From contig JAFVFB010000034.1 of the NCBI GenBank assembly GCA_017475705.1, forward strand, positions 1,074 through 65,073: 64,000 bases of DNA, in the 5' to 3' direction. This DNA comes from Alphaproteobacteria bacterium. GTDB taxonomy: Bacteria; Pseudomonadota; Alphaproteobacteria; RF32; CAG-239. The position numbers were made by a program, and so were the translations under genes. Every line of letters begins with the position of its first letter. Positions within the stretch are counted from its first letter, which is position 1. Below are positions 40,583 through 50,951 of the stretch, in pieces. The notes beneath the pieces were generated by a model. The model was not told where the DNA came from, made no database searches, and saw nothing but the letters and a program-made list of their open reading frames with translations.

Positions 40583-40592
40583 GTTTCAAACA

Positions 40593-40862
40593 TTATTTAC
40601 GTAAATCTAACTTTTTAATCAATGTTTGATATCTTTCTTCACTAGCAGACTTTAAGTGGTCTAACAAGTGACGACGACGCGAAACCATCTTCATCAGACC
40701 TAAGCGTGAATGCAAGTCCTTTTTATGAGTGTTAAAATGTTCAATAAGGGCATTAATTCTGTGTGTCCATATTGCAATTTGTACTTCTGGAGAACCTGTA
40801 TCGCCTGGTTTCGTACCATATTGAGCAATAATTTCTTGTTTTTTTTCATTTGTAATCGACAT
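40593..40862 (-). CDS. rpsO: 30S ribosomal protein S15
   Basis: [33 protein letters not shown]... is canonical S15. Confidence 0.95.
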   Translation of the reverse strand: MSITNEKKQEIIAQYGTKPGDTGSPEVQIAIWTHRINALIEHFNTHKKDLHSRLGLMKMVSRRRHLLDHLKSASEERYQTLIKKLDLRK

Positions 40863-40888
40863 CTCTATATTTCCTTTATTATATATAG

Positions 40889-41791
40889 TTAAAGATTAAA
40901 GACTCGAATCGGCACTAAGCGGTTTTCTTGGTGCGCAATTAGAGCAATAAGCTTATTTCGATAGCAAGCAGCAGCAATACCTTTGAAGTTATAATATTGA
41001 TTGGAATCAATGGCTTGCCCTTTCTTAAGCTTAGAAGAATCTTCTGCCGTTAAAGCGATAACCGTGATGTCGCACAGAAATGTTTCAACTGGCAGAATGG
41101 GAAATTCTCCGTCAGTCTTATATATCATATTTTTTAAATTATCCAGTAAAATCGTATCGGAGAGTTTAAAAAAACCATTTTGTGTGCGCCTTAGAGCTGT
41201 TAAATGTCCGCAACTATTGAGTTTTTGTGCAATATCATGGCCGAGGGTGCGAACGTAGGTCCCTTTGGAGCAGGTTACTCTAAAATCTGCGCAGGCTTCA
41301 CTGGATTGATATTGTAGTAGTTCTAACTTGCTAATGACGACTTGCCGCGGAGGAATAGAAAATTCTGTTCCTTGGCGGGCTAATTGATAGGCCCGTTCTC
41401 CATCAATATGAATTGCAGAATATTTAGGAGGTGTCTGAAAAATTTCTCCCATAAACTGTGGAATAATAGCGGTTATTTCCGCCTCACTTGGAAGATAAGA
41501 AGAAGTTTGGCAAATTTCTCCTTCAATATCATCAGTGGTTGTTGCTTGACCAAATTTTAGAGTAAATTCATAGGTTTTGGTATCTTTTTCTAAATAAGGG
41601 ATAAGTTTGGTGGCTTCTCCAAATGCAAGAGGTAAAACACCTGTGGCAAAAGGGTCTAGGGTCCCAATGTGTCCGGCTTTTTTAGCATGTAAGAGATATT
41701 GTATTTTGCGCAAAGCTTGGTTTGAACTTATTCCTTGAGGTTTATCTAGAATAATCCAACCATTGATGTCTTTGTTATAGTGGCTCTTCAT
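40889..41791 (-). CDS. truB: tRNA pseudouridine(55) synthase
   Basis: [17 protein letters not shown]...[19 protein letters not shown] is the TruB catalytic Asp motif. The ATG at 41791 overlaps the upstream TGA (ATGA). Confidence 0.9.
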   Translation of the reverse strand: MKSHYNKDINGWIILDKPQGISSNQALRKIQYLLHAKKAGHIGTLDPFATGVLPLAFGEATKLIPYLEKDTKTYEFTLKFGQATTTDDIEGEICQTSSYLPSEAEITAIIPQFMGEIFQTPPKYSAIHIDGERAYQLARQGTEFSIPPRQVVISKLELLQYQSSEACADFRVTCSKGTYVRTLGHDIAQKLNSCGHLTALRRTQNGFFKLSDTILLDNLKNMIYKTDGEFPILPVETFLCDITVIALTAEDSSKLKKGQAIDSNQYYNFKGIAAACYRNKLIALIAHQENRLVPIRVFNL

Positions 41792-42525
41792 ATAAATAAA
41801 TCCAGTTGTTGATTTTTGCTCAGATTTTTGATTGCTTCGCGTACAATCGGGATGGAAACAGTGCGGCCGTATACCCATGAAATATCATCAATTTCTTCAA
41901 TTAAGCGTGAGATATAATTAAAAGAACGTTCAGCATTCTTTAATATATAATCAAGGATTTCTTGTGAAATAATGATTTGCCGATCGTTAAAAAGTTTGGC
42001 GATAAGCGCAGTTAGCATTTCGTCATCCGGCATAGCTATTTCAGCCGTAGGGATGGTATTTAATCGTGAGCGTAAGTCTGGTAATTTAAATGGAATTTTA
42101 GCTAAGGGTTGTTCTGAATTAAATAAAATAAAATGTTCTGCCGTGTTGTAGGCATTATAGAGGTGAAATAGTGCTTCTTCGTTAATATCTGCAGAAAGGT
42201 CTTCTATTGCCAAATAATTGTAGTTATTAATATATCTATTTACGTTTTTCATGTTGATGCTATGCGCTTGGATAATCGGTATCTCTATTGGTTTAGGTAG
42301 GCTCCTTTGTATGCAGTTTACCCAAATATGTGTTAGATGAGATTTGCCACAGCTGCGTGGGCCGAAAATATCTAATGCAAAATGTGACCAATAAGGCCAG
42401 AGTTTGATAGCTTTATATGCTAGCTTGTTGCATTCTGTTACCAAAAAATCTTCTTCGCCTAAATAAGTTTTTGAGGCAAACTTTAGTAGATACTGTTTTG
42501 TTTTATCGTTGTATAAAGATTTCAT
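41788..42525 (-). CDS. hda: DnaA-related Hda/HdaA-like protein
   Basis: 245 aa. The AAA+-like segment is IFGPRSCGKSHLTHIW, followed by a DnaA domain III-like remainder. Confidence 0.55.
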   Translation of the reverse strand: MKSLYNDKTKQYLLKFASKTYLGEEDFLVTECNKLAYKAIKLWPYWSHFALDIFGPRSCGKSHLTHIWVNCIQRSLPKPIEIPIIQAHSINMKNVNRYINNYNYLAIEDLSADINEEALFHLYNAYNTAEHFILFNSEQPLAKIPFKLPDLRSRLNTIPTAEIAMPDDEMLTALIAKLFNDRQIIISQEILDYILKNAERSFNYISRLIEEIDDISWVYGRTVSIPIVREAIKNLSKNQQLDLFI

Positions 42526-45182
42526 TAGTTTTGTATGACCTCATAAACTTTTTGGGTTAAATCACTCAAGCTAAAGGGTTTGGGGATAAAGGACATATTT
42601 TCTATGTTATCAAATTCGCCTTTTAAAATGTCTTCGGAATAACCAGAGGCCAATATTATTTTAATATCCGGAATGATTTCTTGGGTTTGCTTGGCTAGTT
42701 CTATACCGTTTTGCCCTGGCATTACCATGTCTGTAATTAACAGTTGGAAGTTTGGGTCGGTGGCTAAAATTTCTAAAGCGTTTTCAGCCGAATTAGCTCC
42801 TACCACATCATAACCTTTTTTGCGCAGTGCGCGCAAGGCAAAGGTCCGTACAGAATTTTCATCGTCAACAAATAAGATTCTAGTGCTGTCAATATTTTCT
42901 GGCATTTGGGACAGATTATCTGTTGCTGATAGATTTAGTCCCAAAATTAGTTTGTCTTCACTCTTTTTTGGGGGTTGTAAAACTTCGGGAGTCAGAACGG
43001 CTCTACCGCGTTTATCATTTAGGGTGCGGCGAATGTTTATTTCTTCTTTTTCTTCTTTGGAGGCAAGGCTTTCAGCTGGGTATGCAGGTAGATAGATAGA
43101 GAAAGTTGTACCAACATTGACGGTTGAATTTACTTTGATAAAACCTTCCATTTGACGAACAATGCCATATACTGTAGCAAGACCTAATCCTGTTCCTGAA
43201 CCGACGATGTTCTGTTTGGTAGAGAAAAACGGTTCAAAAATGCGTGACATATTTTCTAGAGGAATGCCACAGCCAGTGTCTGTTATATCCATACGGATAA
43301 AAGTGCCACTCTCAATAACTTCAGCTCCAAAGTGATAAGGCTCCAATAACGTTTCTTTTTGAGTAGAAATGGTTAGAGTTCCTTTCTTGTTCATAGCATC
43401 TTTGGCATTAACGCACAGATTTAATACAACTTGTAAGAATTGGACACTATCTACTTTGATATAATCTAAATTTTCTCCGTGACGGAATTTTAGTTCTATT
43501 TGCTCGCCAACAGTTCGTTTGAGTAAAGGTGTAAATGTTACTAGAATATCCGTTATGCTGTTTAATTTTGGCTGCAGAGGTTGCTTCCTTGAAAATTGTA
43601 AGAGTTGTCGGACTAGCTCTGCCGCACAGATGGCATTTTGTTTAATTTGCATAATATCTGCATAAGACGAATCGCCTAGATTATGGCGCTGTTGTAGTAA
43701 ATCACAGAAACCAATCATTGCCGTCAGCAAATTATTAAAGTCGTGGGCAATACCTCCGGCTAATTGGCCCATTGCTTGCATTTTTTGGGCTTGCGCAAAT
43801 TGTGTTTCTAGGTTTTTCTGCTCGGTTGTATCCAGGCAAAAGAGAACAATGCCTTTGATGTTTTCTTTAAGAGGCACAGTTGATGAAAACAGTGGACAGA
43901 TGTAAAGACGTAATATCTTATGTTTGTTTTTTTCTTTGATATTAAGGTCAAAGTAAGCAGGTTGCAGATTTTCGCTTTCATTCATAAAGGATTTGAGTTG
44001 ATTTTTTATTTTGTTAATACTTTCTTGGTCTAGGTAATTGGCTAAATAATTATTGAGCAGTTGTGAAGTTGAGCGAACGCCTAATATATCAGTGAAGCGT
44101 TGATTGGTGCGTTTGATGATTAAATCTTTATCTAAAAGCATCATCCCAAAAGGAGATAAATCAAAGATGCTGTTAACTTCAGAAATAGCTCGTTCATAGT
44201 CTTGTTTTAAGGTTAAGTTGGTCGGAATGTGGCTGATAACCATGCCTCTGGTTTGCACAGTGGCTCCTTCTTTAAAGTTATCTACTTTTACTAAGTACTC
44301 TTTTATTTCTCCGTTTTGATTTTTGACATAAGTTAAGTATTGTGTATAAGCATTGTTAAAGCGCTGTTCACCCACAGTGGTGCGTGGCAAAAATTGGTTT
44401 ATATCTTTGCCAATCAGTTCCTCTTCTGTTTTATTTAGCATTAAGCATAGGGTTTTATTGGCATATTCAATTTTGCCCTTAGTATTTAATAGATATAAAC
44501 CTGTTGGCATAAAATTGAGGAAGTTATAAAACGCACTGCGTTCTTCTTGGAAAATTGCATCCATGGTTTTTTCTGAAGTAATATTTTCTATGCTCCACAG
44601 CAGATAGATATTATATTTTTTATCAAATTCGGAGGTCTTTTCTTGTTCTTCTGTCTGTGGCTTTAAGGTAATTGGTCTTAAGCTCACTCTATACCATTCT
44701 TCGCCAGAAAAAACTGTCGATGTATTAAATTTTAAGGCAATTTCTGTGGTGTCGGTTTTCAGATGAGAGGTCGCAATTTGCAATTGTTTTAGTTTTTGGG
44801 TATTATTTTCATCTCTTACAATATGTTTTTCTAGAAATTCAAAAATAGGGGTGTTTTCTAAAAAGTTTTTAGCTAATTCATTTTGTAAAATAGTCTTTCC
44901 TCTGGTGTTCATAATGATATAGCAAATTTTGCGGTTTTTTAGAATTTCGTTAGCAAGCCCACCATATAAAATTGCTGTTTCGCTAGATTGTAAAATAGTG
45001 ATGGCGAGATATATGCTTAGTGTTATGCAGATAAAAACAGATAAAATAATCGGTCGAAGGTATGTCGGGTAGGCAAATAAAAAGCCAATGCTTACAATGG
45101 TTGCTGTTAGCATAATAACGAGCAACAGAAGACGTGTCTCTAAAATTTTATCCGGTCTGGTATCTTGTTGATCTGTAAACAT
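42525..45182 (-). CDS. Hybrid sensor histidine kinase/response regulator, CckA-like
   Basis: Two N-terminal TM segments and PAS-like regions. The H-box is GGIAHDFNNLLTAMIG, followed by an HATPase domain (GTGLGLATVYGIV) and a C-terminal receiver (ILFVDDENSVR...LLITDMVMPGQNG). Confidence 0.65.
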   Translation of the reverse strand: MFTDQQDTRPDKILETRLLLLVIMLTATIVSIGFLFAYPTYLRPIILSVFICITLSIYLAITILQSSETAILYGGLANEILKNRKICYIIMNTRGKTILQNELAKNFLENTPIFEFLEKHIVRDENNTQKLKQLQIATSHLKTDTTEIALKFNTSTVFSGEEWYRVSLRPITLKPQTEEQEKTSEFDKKYNIYLLWSIENITSEKTMDAIFQEERSAFYNFLNFMPTGLYLLNTKGKIEYANKTLCLMLNKTEEELIGKDINQFLPRTTVGEQRFNNAYTQYLTYVKNQNGEIKEYLVKVDNFKEGATVQTRGMVISHIPTNLTLKQDYERAISEVNSIFDLSPFGMMLLDKDLIIKRTNQRFTDILGVRSTSQLLNNYLANYLDQESINKIKNQLKSFMNESENLQPAYFDLNIKEKNKHKILRLYICPLFSSTVPLKENIKGIVLFCLDTTEQKNLETQFAQAQKMQAMGQLAGGIAHDFNNLLTAMIGFCDLLQQRHNLGDSSYADIMQIKQNAICAAELVRQLLQFSRKQPLQPKLNSITDILVTFTPLLKRTVGEQIELKFRHGENLDYIKVDSVQFLQVVLNLCVNAKDAMNKKGTLTISTQKETLLEPYHFGAEVIESGTFIRMDITDTGCGIPLENMSRIFEPFFSTKQNIVGSGTGLGLATVYGIVRQMEGFIKVNSTVNVGTTFSIYLPAYPAESLASKEEKEEINIRRTLNDKRGRAVLTPEVLQPPKKSEDKLILGLNLSATDNLSQMPENIDSTRILFVDDENSVRTFALRALRKKGYDVVGANSAENALEILATDPNFQLLITDMVMPGQNGIELAKQTQEIIPDIKIILASGYSEDILKGEFDNIENMSFIPKPFSLSDLTQKVYEVIQN

Positions 45183-45202
45183 TGGCTACTCTTAGGTGGT
45201 TT

Positions 45203-46825
45203 TTAAGTGATGATATCTGGTTTTTGTTTTCCGGTATATTTTGTGACTTCTGATATTGTGCGAGAAACATCGCTTAGCTCTTTTAGCATTGTTTCCGGTT
45301 CTTCAAGAAGTTTATCGGTGACATAACGTTCTATATAGGTACGGAGTGTTGCTCCGCTGGTTCCAGTTCCTGAAAGGCGATACACAATGCGGGAGCCATC
45401 TTTGAAATGAACAATTAAGCCATTTTTAGTTGAACTCTTATCTACGGGGTCATTATAGATAAAAGGGTGCGCCTCAGAAATGGTGTAGCCGGCAAAAGTT
45501 TGGCCAACCAGAGAAGGGAGCTTCTGTTCTAAATCTGCCATTAATTTATCTGCAATATCCTGCGGGATAGCTTCGTAATCATTGCGTAAATAGTAATAGC
45601 GTCCATATTTTTGCCAGTGCTCTAAAGTAATTTCTTTTACGGTCTTTTTTGTTTTAGCAATGATGCTTAGCCAAAACAGTGTTGCCCAAATGCCGTCTTT
45701 TTCACGGATGTGTGATGCTCCTGTGCCAAAACTTTCTTCTCCGCAAAAAGTGATGCGGTTGCTGTCCATCAGGTGGATAAAGTATTTCCAGCCGGTTGGC
45801 ACTTCATAAAATCCAATATTTAATGCCTTAGCCACACGCTTAACGGCAGAAGATGTGGCCGCGGATTTTGCAACGCCAAAGATACCCTTTTGGTATGCAG
45901 GAATGAGTTTGTAGTTATCTGTTAGTATTGATAGGCAGTCACTCGGATTAACAAAAAAATGGTTGCCGAGAATCATGTTTCTATCACCGTCACCATCATT
46001 TGCCGCTGCAAAATCCGGTGCATTATCAGAATACATTAAATCAACGAGAGATTTAGCATAAATAAGGTTCGGATCTGGATGTAAGCCGCCAAAATCTTCT
46101 AAGGGATTGGCGTTTAGAATAGAACCATGAGGTGCTCCGAGTTCATCTTCAAAGATTTTTTGTGCATAAGGGCCGGTTACGCCGTGCATGGCATCGAAAA
46201 CGAATTTGAAATTTGAAGTTAGCAGTGTCTTTAACTCTTTGAAATCAAAAATTGTTTTCATTAATGAAATATAGTCTTGGTAAGGATCAATAATTTCGAT
46301 TTCAGTATTTTCATAAGTCATAGTGCCTAACTTTGATAAATCTATGTCATCGCAAACAGCTATTTTGTATTCGGTAATAATTTTGGTCTGCTCATATATA
46401 GCGGCACTTTCGTCTGGTTGGCACTGTCCACCAGAGGCATTGGCATATTTGATACCAAAGTCACCGTCTATTCCTCCCGGATTATGTGAGGCGGATAAAA
46501 CAAAGCCGCCATCTAGATGATTTTTTAGTAAAATATGAGAGCCAGCAGGGGTGGAAACTAGACCATTTTGACCGATGTATAATTTCTTTACGCCATTTGC
46601 AATGGCTATTTTGATGATTTTTTGTATGGCTATTGTGTTATAATAGCGGCCATCTCCTCCAATTAAAAAAGATTTGGTATCTAAGGCAGGGATTGTGTTA
46701 AAAATACTCTGCATAAAGTTTTCAAAGTAATTTTCTTGCATGGCAATGGCGGTTTTTTTTCTTAGACCAGCGGTTCCCATTTTTTGGTCAGAATAAGGCG
46801 TGGTTTTTACAATATTAATCATCAT
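45203..46825 (-). CDS. pgm: Phosphoglucomutase (alpha-D-glucose phosphate-specific)
   Basis: GTAGLRKK, the active-site SASHNPGG and the metal site ANDGDGDRN. The start is taken at the ATG pair 46825/46822. Confidence 0.9.
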   Translation of the reverse strand: MMINIVKTTPYSDQKMGTAGLRKKTAIAMQENYFENFMQSIFNTIPALDTKSFLIGGDGRYYNTIAIQKIIKIAIANGVKKLYIGQNGLVSTPAGSHILLKNHLDGGFVLSASHNPGGIDGDFGIKYANASGGQCQPDESAAIYEQTKIITEYKIAVCDDIDLSKLGTMTYENTEIEIIDPYQDYISLMKTIFDFKELKTLLTSNFKFVFDAMHGVTGPYAQKIFEDELGAPHGSILNANPLEDFGGLHPDPNLIYAKSLVDLMYSDNAPDFAAANDGDGDRNMILGNHFFVNPSDCLSILTDNYKLIPAYQKGIFGVAKSAATSSAVKRVAKALNIGFYEVPTGWKYFIHLMDSNRITFCGEESFGTGASHIREKDGIWATLFWLSIIAKTKKTVKEITLEHWQKYGRYYYLRNDYEAIPQDIADKLMADLEQKLPSLVGQTFAGYTISEAHPFIYNDPVDKSSTKNGLIVHFKDGSRIVYRLSGTGTSGATLRTYIERYVTDKLLEEPETMLKELSDVSRTISEVTKYTGKQKPDIIT

Positions 46826-46890
46826 ATTTTCCTTATAAAAATATTTGAATTGAGCATAAAACAAAATATATTTGATGTAAAGATTATTTA

Positions 46891-47559
46891 TTAATTAAAA
46901 ATGAATTCTGCAAGTTTTACGATTTCTCTTTTGGCGCAGATGTCGTCATAAGTTAAATTTTTTTGTAATATCGGTAATGATTTGTCTTGTGCAGAAATGC
47001 CGGTAACATTGTTTTTGTATGGTTTGCGATGATTTAATGGTGGAGAAACGCGAAAGCCGTAAAGGTGGGCTATCTTTTCTAGTTCTGCAGAAGGTTGATT
47101 GATAATTTGTGGTTTAAAATTATTTTCGCAGACAACCCAATTGAGACTGTGATTATAAGTGGCTGCAATTTTCTTTTTTAGTTCAAAGAGAGCGTTAAAG
47201 TATTCTCTCTTTTTTTGAAAACGCTGTAAGGCTACTTTGCCTTTAGGCAGTAGAGTAATGTAGGTGGAAGCCATGATCGATAATTCGTCTTGCGCGTTTA
47301 TTTTGGGGATGAGGATGGCTTGATATTTGTTGGCTTCGTTGTAGAATTCTGATCTGGTCAATAGGGTAGGTGTTAAAAGTTGAGGTATTGCCTGTATCCG
47401 CTTTTTTATCGTTTCGCGTAATGGCGAATCGACATCGACTACAATGGCTGTGCGTTGTGCATTATAGAGCAAAATCAGTGATAGTTCAAAGCAGAGCATA
47501 TTCTTGCCAGTGGCAGGCTCTCCATCAATAACGATTATGTGTGTTTCGGGCTTAAACAT
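46891..47559 (-). CDS. ParA/MipZ-like protein with a degenerate Walker A motif
   Basis: HIIVIDGEPATGKNMLCFELSLILLYNAQRTAIVVDVD, LNWVVCENNF and LEKIAHLYGFRVSPPLNHRKPY are collinear with my recollection of Caulobacter MipZ. The KGGxGKS[T] loop is shortened and altered. Confidence 0.4.
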   Translation of the reverse strand: MFKPETHIIVIDGEPATGKNMLCFELSLILLYNAQRTAIVVDVDSPLRETIKKRIQAIPQLLTPTLLTRSEFYNEANKYQAILIPKINAQDELSIMASTYITLLPKGKVALQRFQKKREYFNALFELKKKIAATYNHSLNWVVCENNFKPQIINQPSAELEKIAHLYGFRVSPPLNHRKPYKNNVTGISAQDKSLPILQKNLTYDDICAKREIVKLAEFIFN

Positions 47560-47568
47560 TGCAGTCTT

Positions 47569-48474
47569 TTAACGATGACGATGGTTATTGGTTTGGTTGT
47601 AAGCCGTTGTGGTTTTATGACTTTTTAAAGAGCTGTTAATGGCACTTTTTAAGGTGGCTGTATTGATACGGCTATTCTTTTGCATATGATGTAAAGAAAT
47701 TTCCATCATTTTGGAGACATCTTCATCTCTTTCTTTGACCTTTTTATGTCCCATCGTTACAGCAATTACGCGATAGTTCCCTTGTTGCGCAGAAGTTAAA
47801 ATATTAAAGCCAGAAGCTGCTGTGTAACCAGTTTTCATGCCGTCTGTGCCGAGCGAATCGTTTAATAAATAATTATGTGTTTTATAGGTCATACCATTGT
47901 ATTGGAACTCAGTTAGAGAAAACATGTGGTAATATTGAGGGAAGTGGTGATAAATCGCTGCTCCTAAAATGGCTAAGTCTTTGGCTGTGGTCTTTTGAGC
48001 AGAGTTGGGTAGACCAGATGCATTTTTGAATGTTGTGTGGTGCATACCTAAGCGATGTGCTGTTTTGGTCATCAGTTTGGCGAATTCTGCTTCACTGGGA
48101 CTTAATGCTTCTGCTAAAACAGTGGCACAATCGTTGGCAGATTTGACGATTAAAGCTTGTATTAATGTCTTAACATCAATGAAAGTACCTGCCGGCATAC
48201 CTAATTTTGATGGTGAGCGTGAGGCTGCTGTTGCAGAAACTTTTAATTTGTCGCTAAATTTTAATTTGCCTCTCTCTAGCGCATTAAATGCAATATATAG
48301 GGTCATTAGTTTGGTAAGAGATGCAGGGTAACGTAATTCATCGGCATTATTGGCATATAAAACGTTGCCGCTTTGGGCATCAATCACAATTGACGATGTA
48401 TCTGCTGCATGGGCTGCGACGGCCGTTGTTCCTAAGAGTATAATAGCTAAGCGAAGCGCTTTTATCACATTCAT
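47569..48474 (-). CDS. D-alanyl-D-alanine carboxypeptidase (peptidase S11, PBP5/6-like)
   Basis: Signal peptide present. SLTK is the SxxK motif, SAND the SxN motif and KTGYT the KTG motif. Confidence 0.85.
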   Translation of the reverse strand: MNVIKALRLAIILLGTTAVAAHAADTSSIVIDAQSGNVLYANNADELRYPASLTKLMTLYIAFNALERGKLKFSDKLKVSATAASRSPSKLGMPAGTFIDVKTLIQALIVKSANDCATVLAEALSPSEAEFAKLMTKTAHRLGMHHTTFKNASGLPNSAQKTTAKDLAILGAAIYHHFPQYYHMFSLTEFQYNGMTYKTHNYLLNDSLGTDGMKTGYTAASGFNILTSAQQGNYRVIAVTMGHKKVKERDEDVSKMMEISLHHMQKNSRINTATLKSAINSSLKSHKTTTAYNQTNNHRHR

Positions 48475-48585
48475 TTGATATTATCCTTTCACAACTGATA
48501 TAATAGTATATTATTTTTAAAAAGAAAATAAATTATTAATTTTGGTTATGAAGAGGAAATTTTTTTAGATTATTTGTGTTTTTTT

Positions 48586-48614
48586 AAAGAAAAATGCCGA
48601 TATTGCTTCGGCAT
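48586..48614 (-). terminator. Rho-independent terminator after tRNA-His
   Basis: ATGCCGA (48594-48600) pairs with TCGGCAT (48608-48614). On the minus strand the stem is followed by TTTTTCTTT. Confidence 0.65.
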
Positions 48615-48622
48615 TCAATGTA

Positions 48623-48699
48623 TGGGGCGGACGATGAGGCTCGAACTCACGACAACCGGTACCACAAACCGGGGCTCTACCAACTGAGCTACGTCCGCC
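48623..48699 (-). tRNA. trnH: tRNA-His (anticodon GTG) with encoded G-1 and CCA
   Basis: The reverse complement is G-GCGGACGTAGCTCAGTTGGTAGAGCCCCGGTTTGTGGTACCGGTTGTCGTGAGTTCGAGCCTCATCGTCCGCCCCA. The anticodon loop is TTGTGGT. Confidence 0.9.
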
Positions 48700-49011
48700 A
48701 CAGCAGTGTCTCTTTTACAGATAATTATTTATAAAGTCAAGCCTAAAAAGTTGAAAAATGAAAATTGTCTCAAAATTTTTGAGGCCTTTTCTGTCAAAAG
48801 GCAAGAGCTCTTTTTCTGTGTGATTTTAACGATGTAATGACTAGCAAATTTTTAAGGACAACAAATTTTTCCTAGCATACTTCATTAATATCAACAAAAT
48901 TAATTAGAAAATCTTTTTTATTTATTATTTGCCGTATTTATAGGTGTGTGCGTCCTCTTGCCGATGATGGAAGAAAATATCTAAAGCAAAAAATCAATGT
49001 TACGCGGTAGG

Positions 49012-49461
49012 TTAAAAAGCTGGATAATCTGAAATGGTTGGTTGGATGTTAGGGGTCAGTGCTTTATTGATGTCTTTGATGGGGATTGATTGGACATCAA
49101 GCAAACGGTTCCCATCTTGGTATATAGTGTTTTCGATTTTATTTTGATAATCTATAGGGTTGAGGTCCATCGCAGTAGGATCTGTGGTTGCAGTTTGACT
49201 GATAAGTGGTTGGGGAATATCGGTTGGTTGTGAAGGTGCTGTCACAGGTGTTGGTCGAGGTTGCGAATCGTTTGGTGTTATGACGGTTGGTTCACCTTGT
49301 GGTTCCGGAGCAATATAGCCAAAGGGGTTGATTGTTTCTGAAGGCTGTTTGACAATAATTTCTTTACGTGTGCCATCTGGGGTTGCTGCGGAGCCTAGGA
49401 CTTCTGTTGGTTGGTTCGGTTCAGTAGATAATATTAATGCGCTAAGCAAAATGGTGTACAT
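49012..49461 (-). CDS. Hypothetical secreted Pro/Thr-rich protein
   Basis: 149 aa with a hydrophobic N-terminus and a P/T/Q-rich middle region. No motif recognised. Confidence 0.4.
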   Translation of the reverse strand: MYTILLSALILSTEPNQPTEVLGSAATPDGTRKEIIVKQPSETINPFGYIAPEPQGEPTVITPNDSQPRPTPVTAPSQPTDIPQPLISQTATTDPTAMDLNPIDYQNKIENTIYQDGNRLLDVQSIPIKDINKALTPNIQPTISDYPAF

Positions 49462-49837
49462 GTTTTTCTCCTTTGATATTTTAGATAAATAGGTCTGTTT
49501 TAGGTAAATTCAAGGGATAATGCGCTGTTTTTGTCTAGATGATTCAAACCGAATCGGCATAAGGGTTTTTAAAAGATTTTAAAAAGCAATTTTTTTAATT
49601 TTTTGGGTATTTTTTGCTTGCAATTATAAAATTTAAATGTTAGAACTGCGCATGCAACAAAGTGTTAAGAAAGTCTTAATCTTCACAACATATTGTTTTT
49701 GCTGGAAGAAAAGGTTTTCTTGCGAAAATATAACTCATAAATGCAGATCTGTTGTTGCGTAGATTTGCAGTAATTTTTTAGATGGCAGATTCCATTACTG
49801 GGGTTTTTTGCCATTTAGTTATAGGAAAAGTGTTAAA

Positions 49838-50149
49838 ATGATGGATACACAAAATATCAGAATCCGCCTTAAGGCTTTTGACCATCGCTTGTTAGATCTT
49901 TCTACTAAAGAGATTGTTCATACAGCTAAGAGAACCGGAGCTAATGTTAGAGGACCAATTCCTCTACCAACAAAAATTGAGAAGTTTACCGTGAACCGTT
50001 CTCCTCACGTTGATAAAAAGTCTCGTGAGCAGTTTGAAATTCGTACACATAAGAGACTTCTTGATATTGTTGATCCTACACCACAAACCGTTGATGCTTT
50101 GATGAAATTAGACTTGGCAGCCGGTGTGAATGTAGAAATTAAGTTATAA
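49838..50149 (+). CDS. rpsJ: 30S ribosomal protein S10
   Basis: [20 protein letters not shown]... is canonical S10. The ATG at 49838 is preferred over the track start at 49808. Confidence 0.95.
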   Translation: MMDTQNIRIRLKAFDHRLLDLSTKEIVHTAKRTGANVRGPIPLPTKIEKFTVNRSPHVDKKSREQFEIRTHKRLLDIVDPTPQTVDALMKLDLAAGVNVEIKL

Positions 50150-50204
50150 TTTTAATGTTGGTTTTTGGAAGATAAAATCAACCTATTGAAAAGGAAAATA
50201 AATA

Positions 50205-50933
50205 ATGCGTACTGGTCTTATCGCAAAAAAACTTGGAATGACTAGAATTTTTGAAGCAGACGGCACCCATGTACCGGTTACGGTTTTGGTTGTTGATGGT
50301 TTAAAGGTCATAAATGTCAGAACAAATGAAAAAGACGGATACAGTGCTGTTCAACTCGGGACAGGTGCTGTTAAGGCGAAGAATGTTTCTAAGCCGATGA
50401 AAGGGTACTTCACCAAGGCTAATGTTGAGCCAAAGAAGAAGTTAGGTGAGTTCAGAGTTAGTGAAGATTGCCTACTTTCAGTTGGTGATGAATTATCTGC
50501 AGAACATTTTGTTGTCGGTCAATATGTCGATGTATGTGCTAATTCTATCGGTAAAGGTTTTGCCGGTGTTATGAAGCGTCATAACTTCGCAGGTTTGGAG
50601 GCATCTCACGGTGTTTCTATTTCCCACCGTTCACATGGTTCTACAGGACAAAGACAAGATCCAGGTAAGGTATTTAAGGGCAAGAAGATGGCTGGTCACT
50701 TAGGTGATGAGCGGGTAACTGTTCAGAACTTGAAGGTTGTTGCTGTTGATGGTGCTCGTGGTTTAATTATGGTAAAGGGCGGTGTTCCAGGAGCTGAAAA
50801 TGCTTGGGTTCGTGTGACCGATGCCATTAAAAAAACAGCGAATGTCCAATTGCCGATGCCTGCTGGTCTGAAAAAGGTTGATGAACCTGTTGCAGTTAAA
50901 GCTGAAGAAGAAACAGCAGCTGATAATGCATAA
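50205..50933 (+). CDS. rplC: 50S ribosomal protein L3
   Basis: [16 protein letters not shown]... is canonical L3. Confidence 0.95.
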   Translation: MRTGLIAKKLGMTRIFEADGTHVPVTVLVVDGLKVINVRTNEKDGYSAVQLGTGAVKAKNVSKPMKGYFTKANVEPKKKLGEFRVSEDCLLSVGDELSAEHFVVGQYVDVCANSIGKGFAGVMKRHNFAGLEASHGVSISHRSHGSTGQRQDPGKVFKGKKMAGHLGDERVTVQNLKVVAVDGARGLIMVKGGVPGAENAWVRVTDAIKKTANVQLPMPAGLKKVDEPVAVKAEEETAADNA

Positions 50934-50951
50934 GAGTAAGGATTTTTGAAA

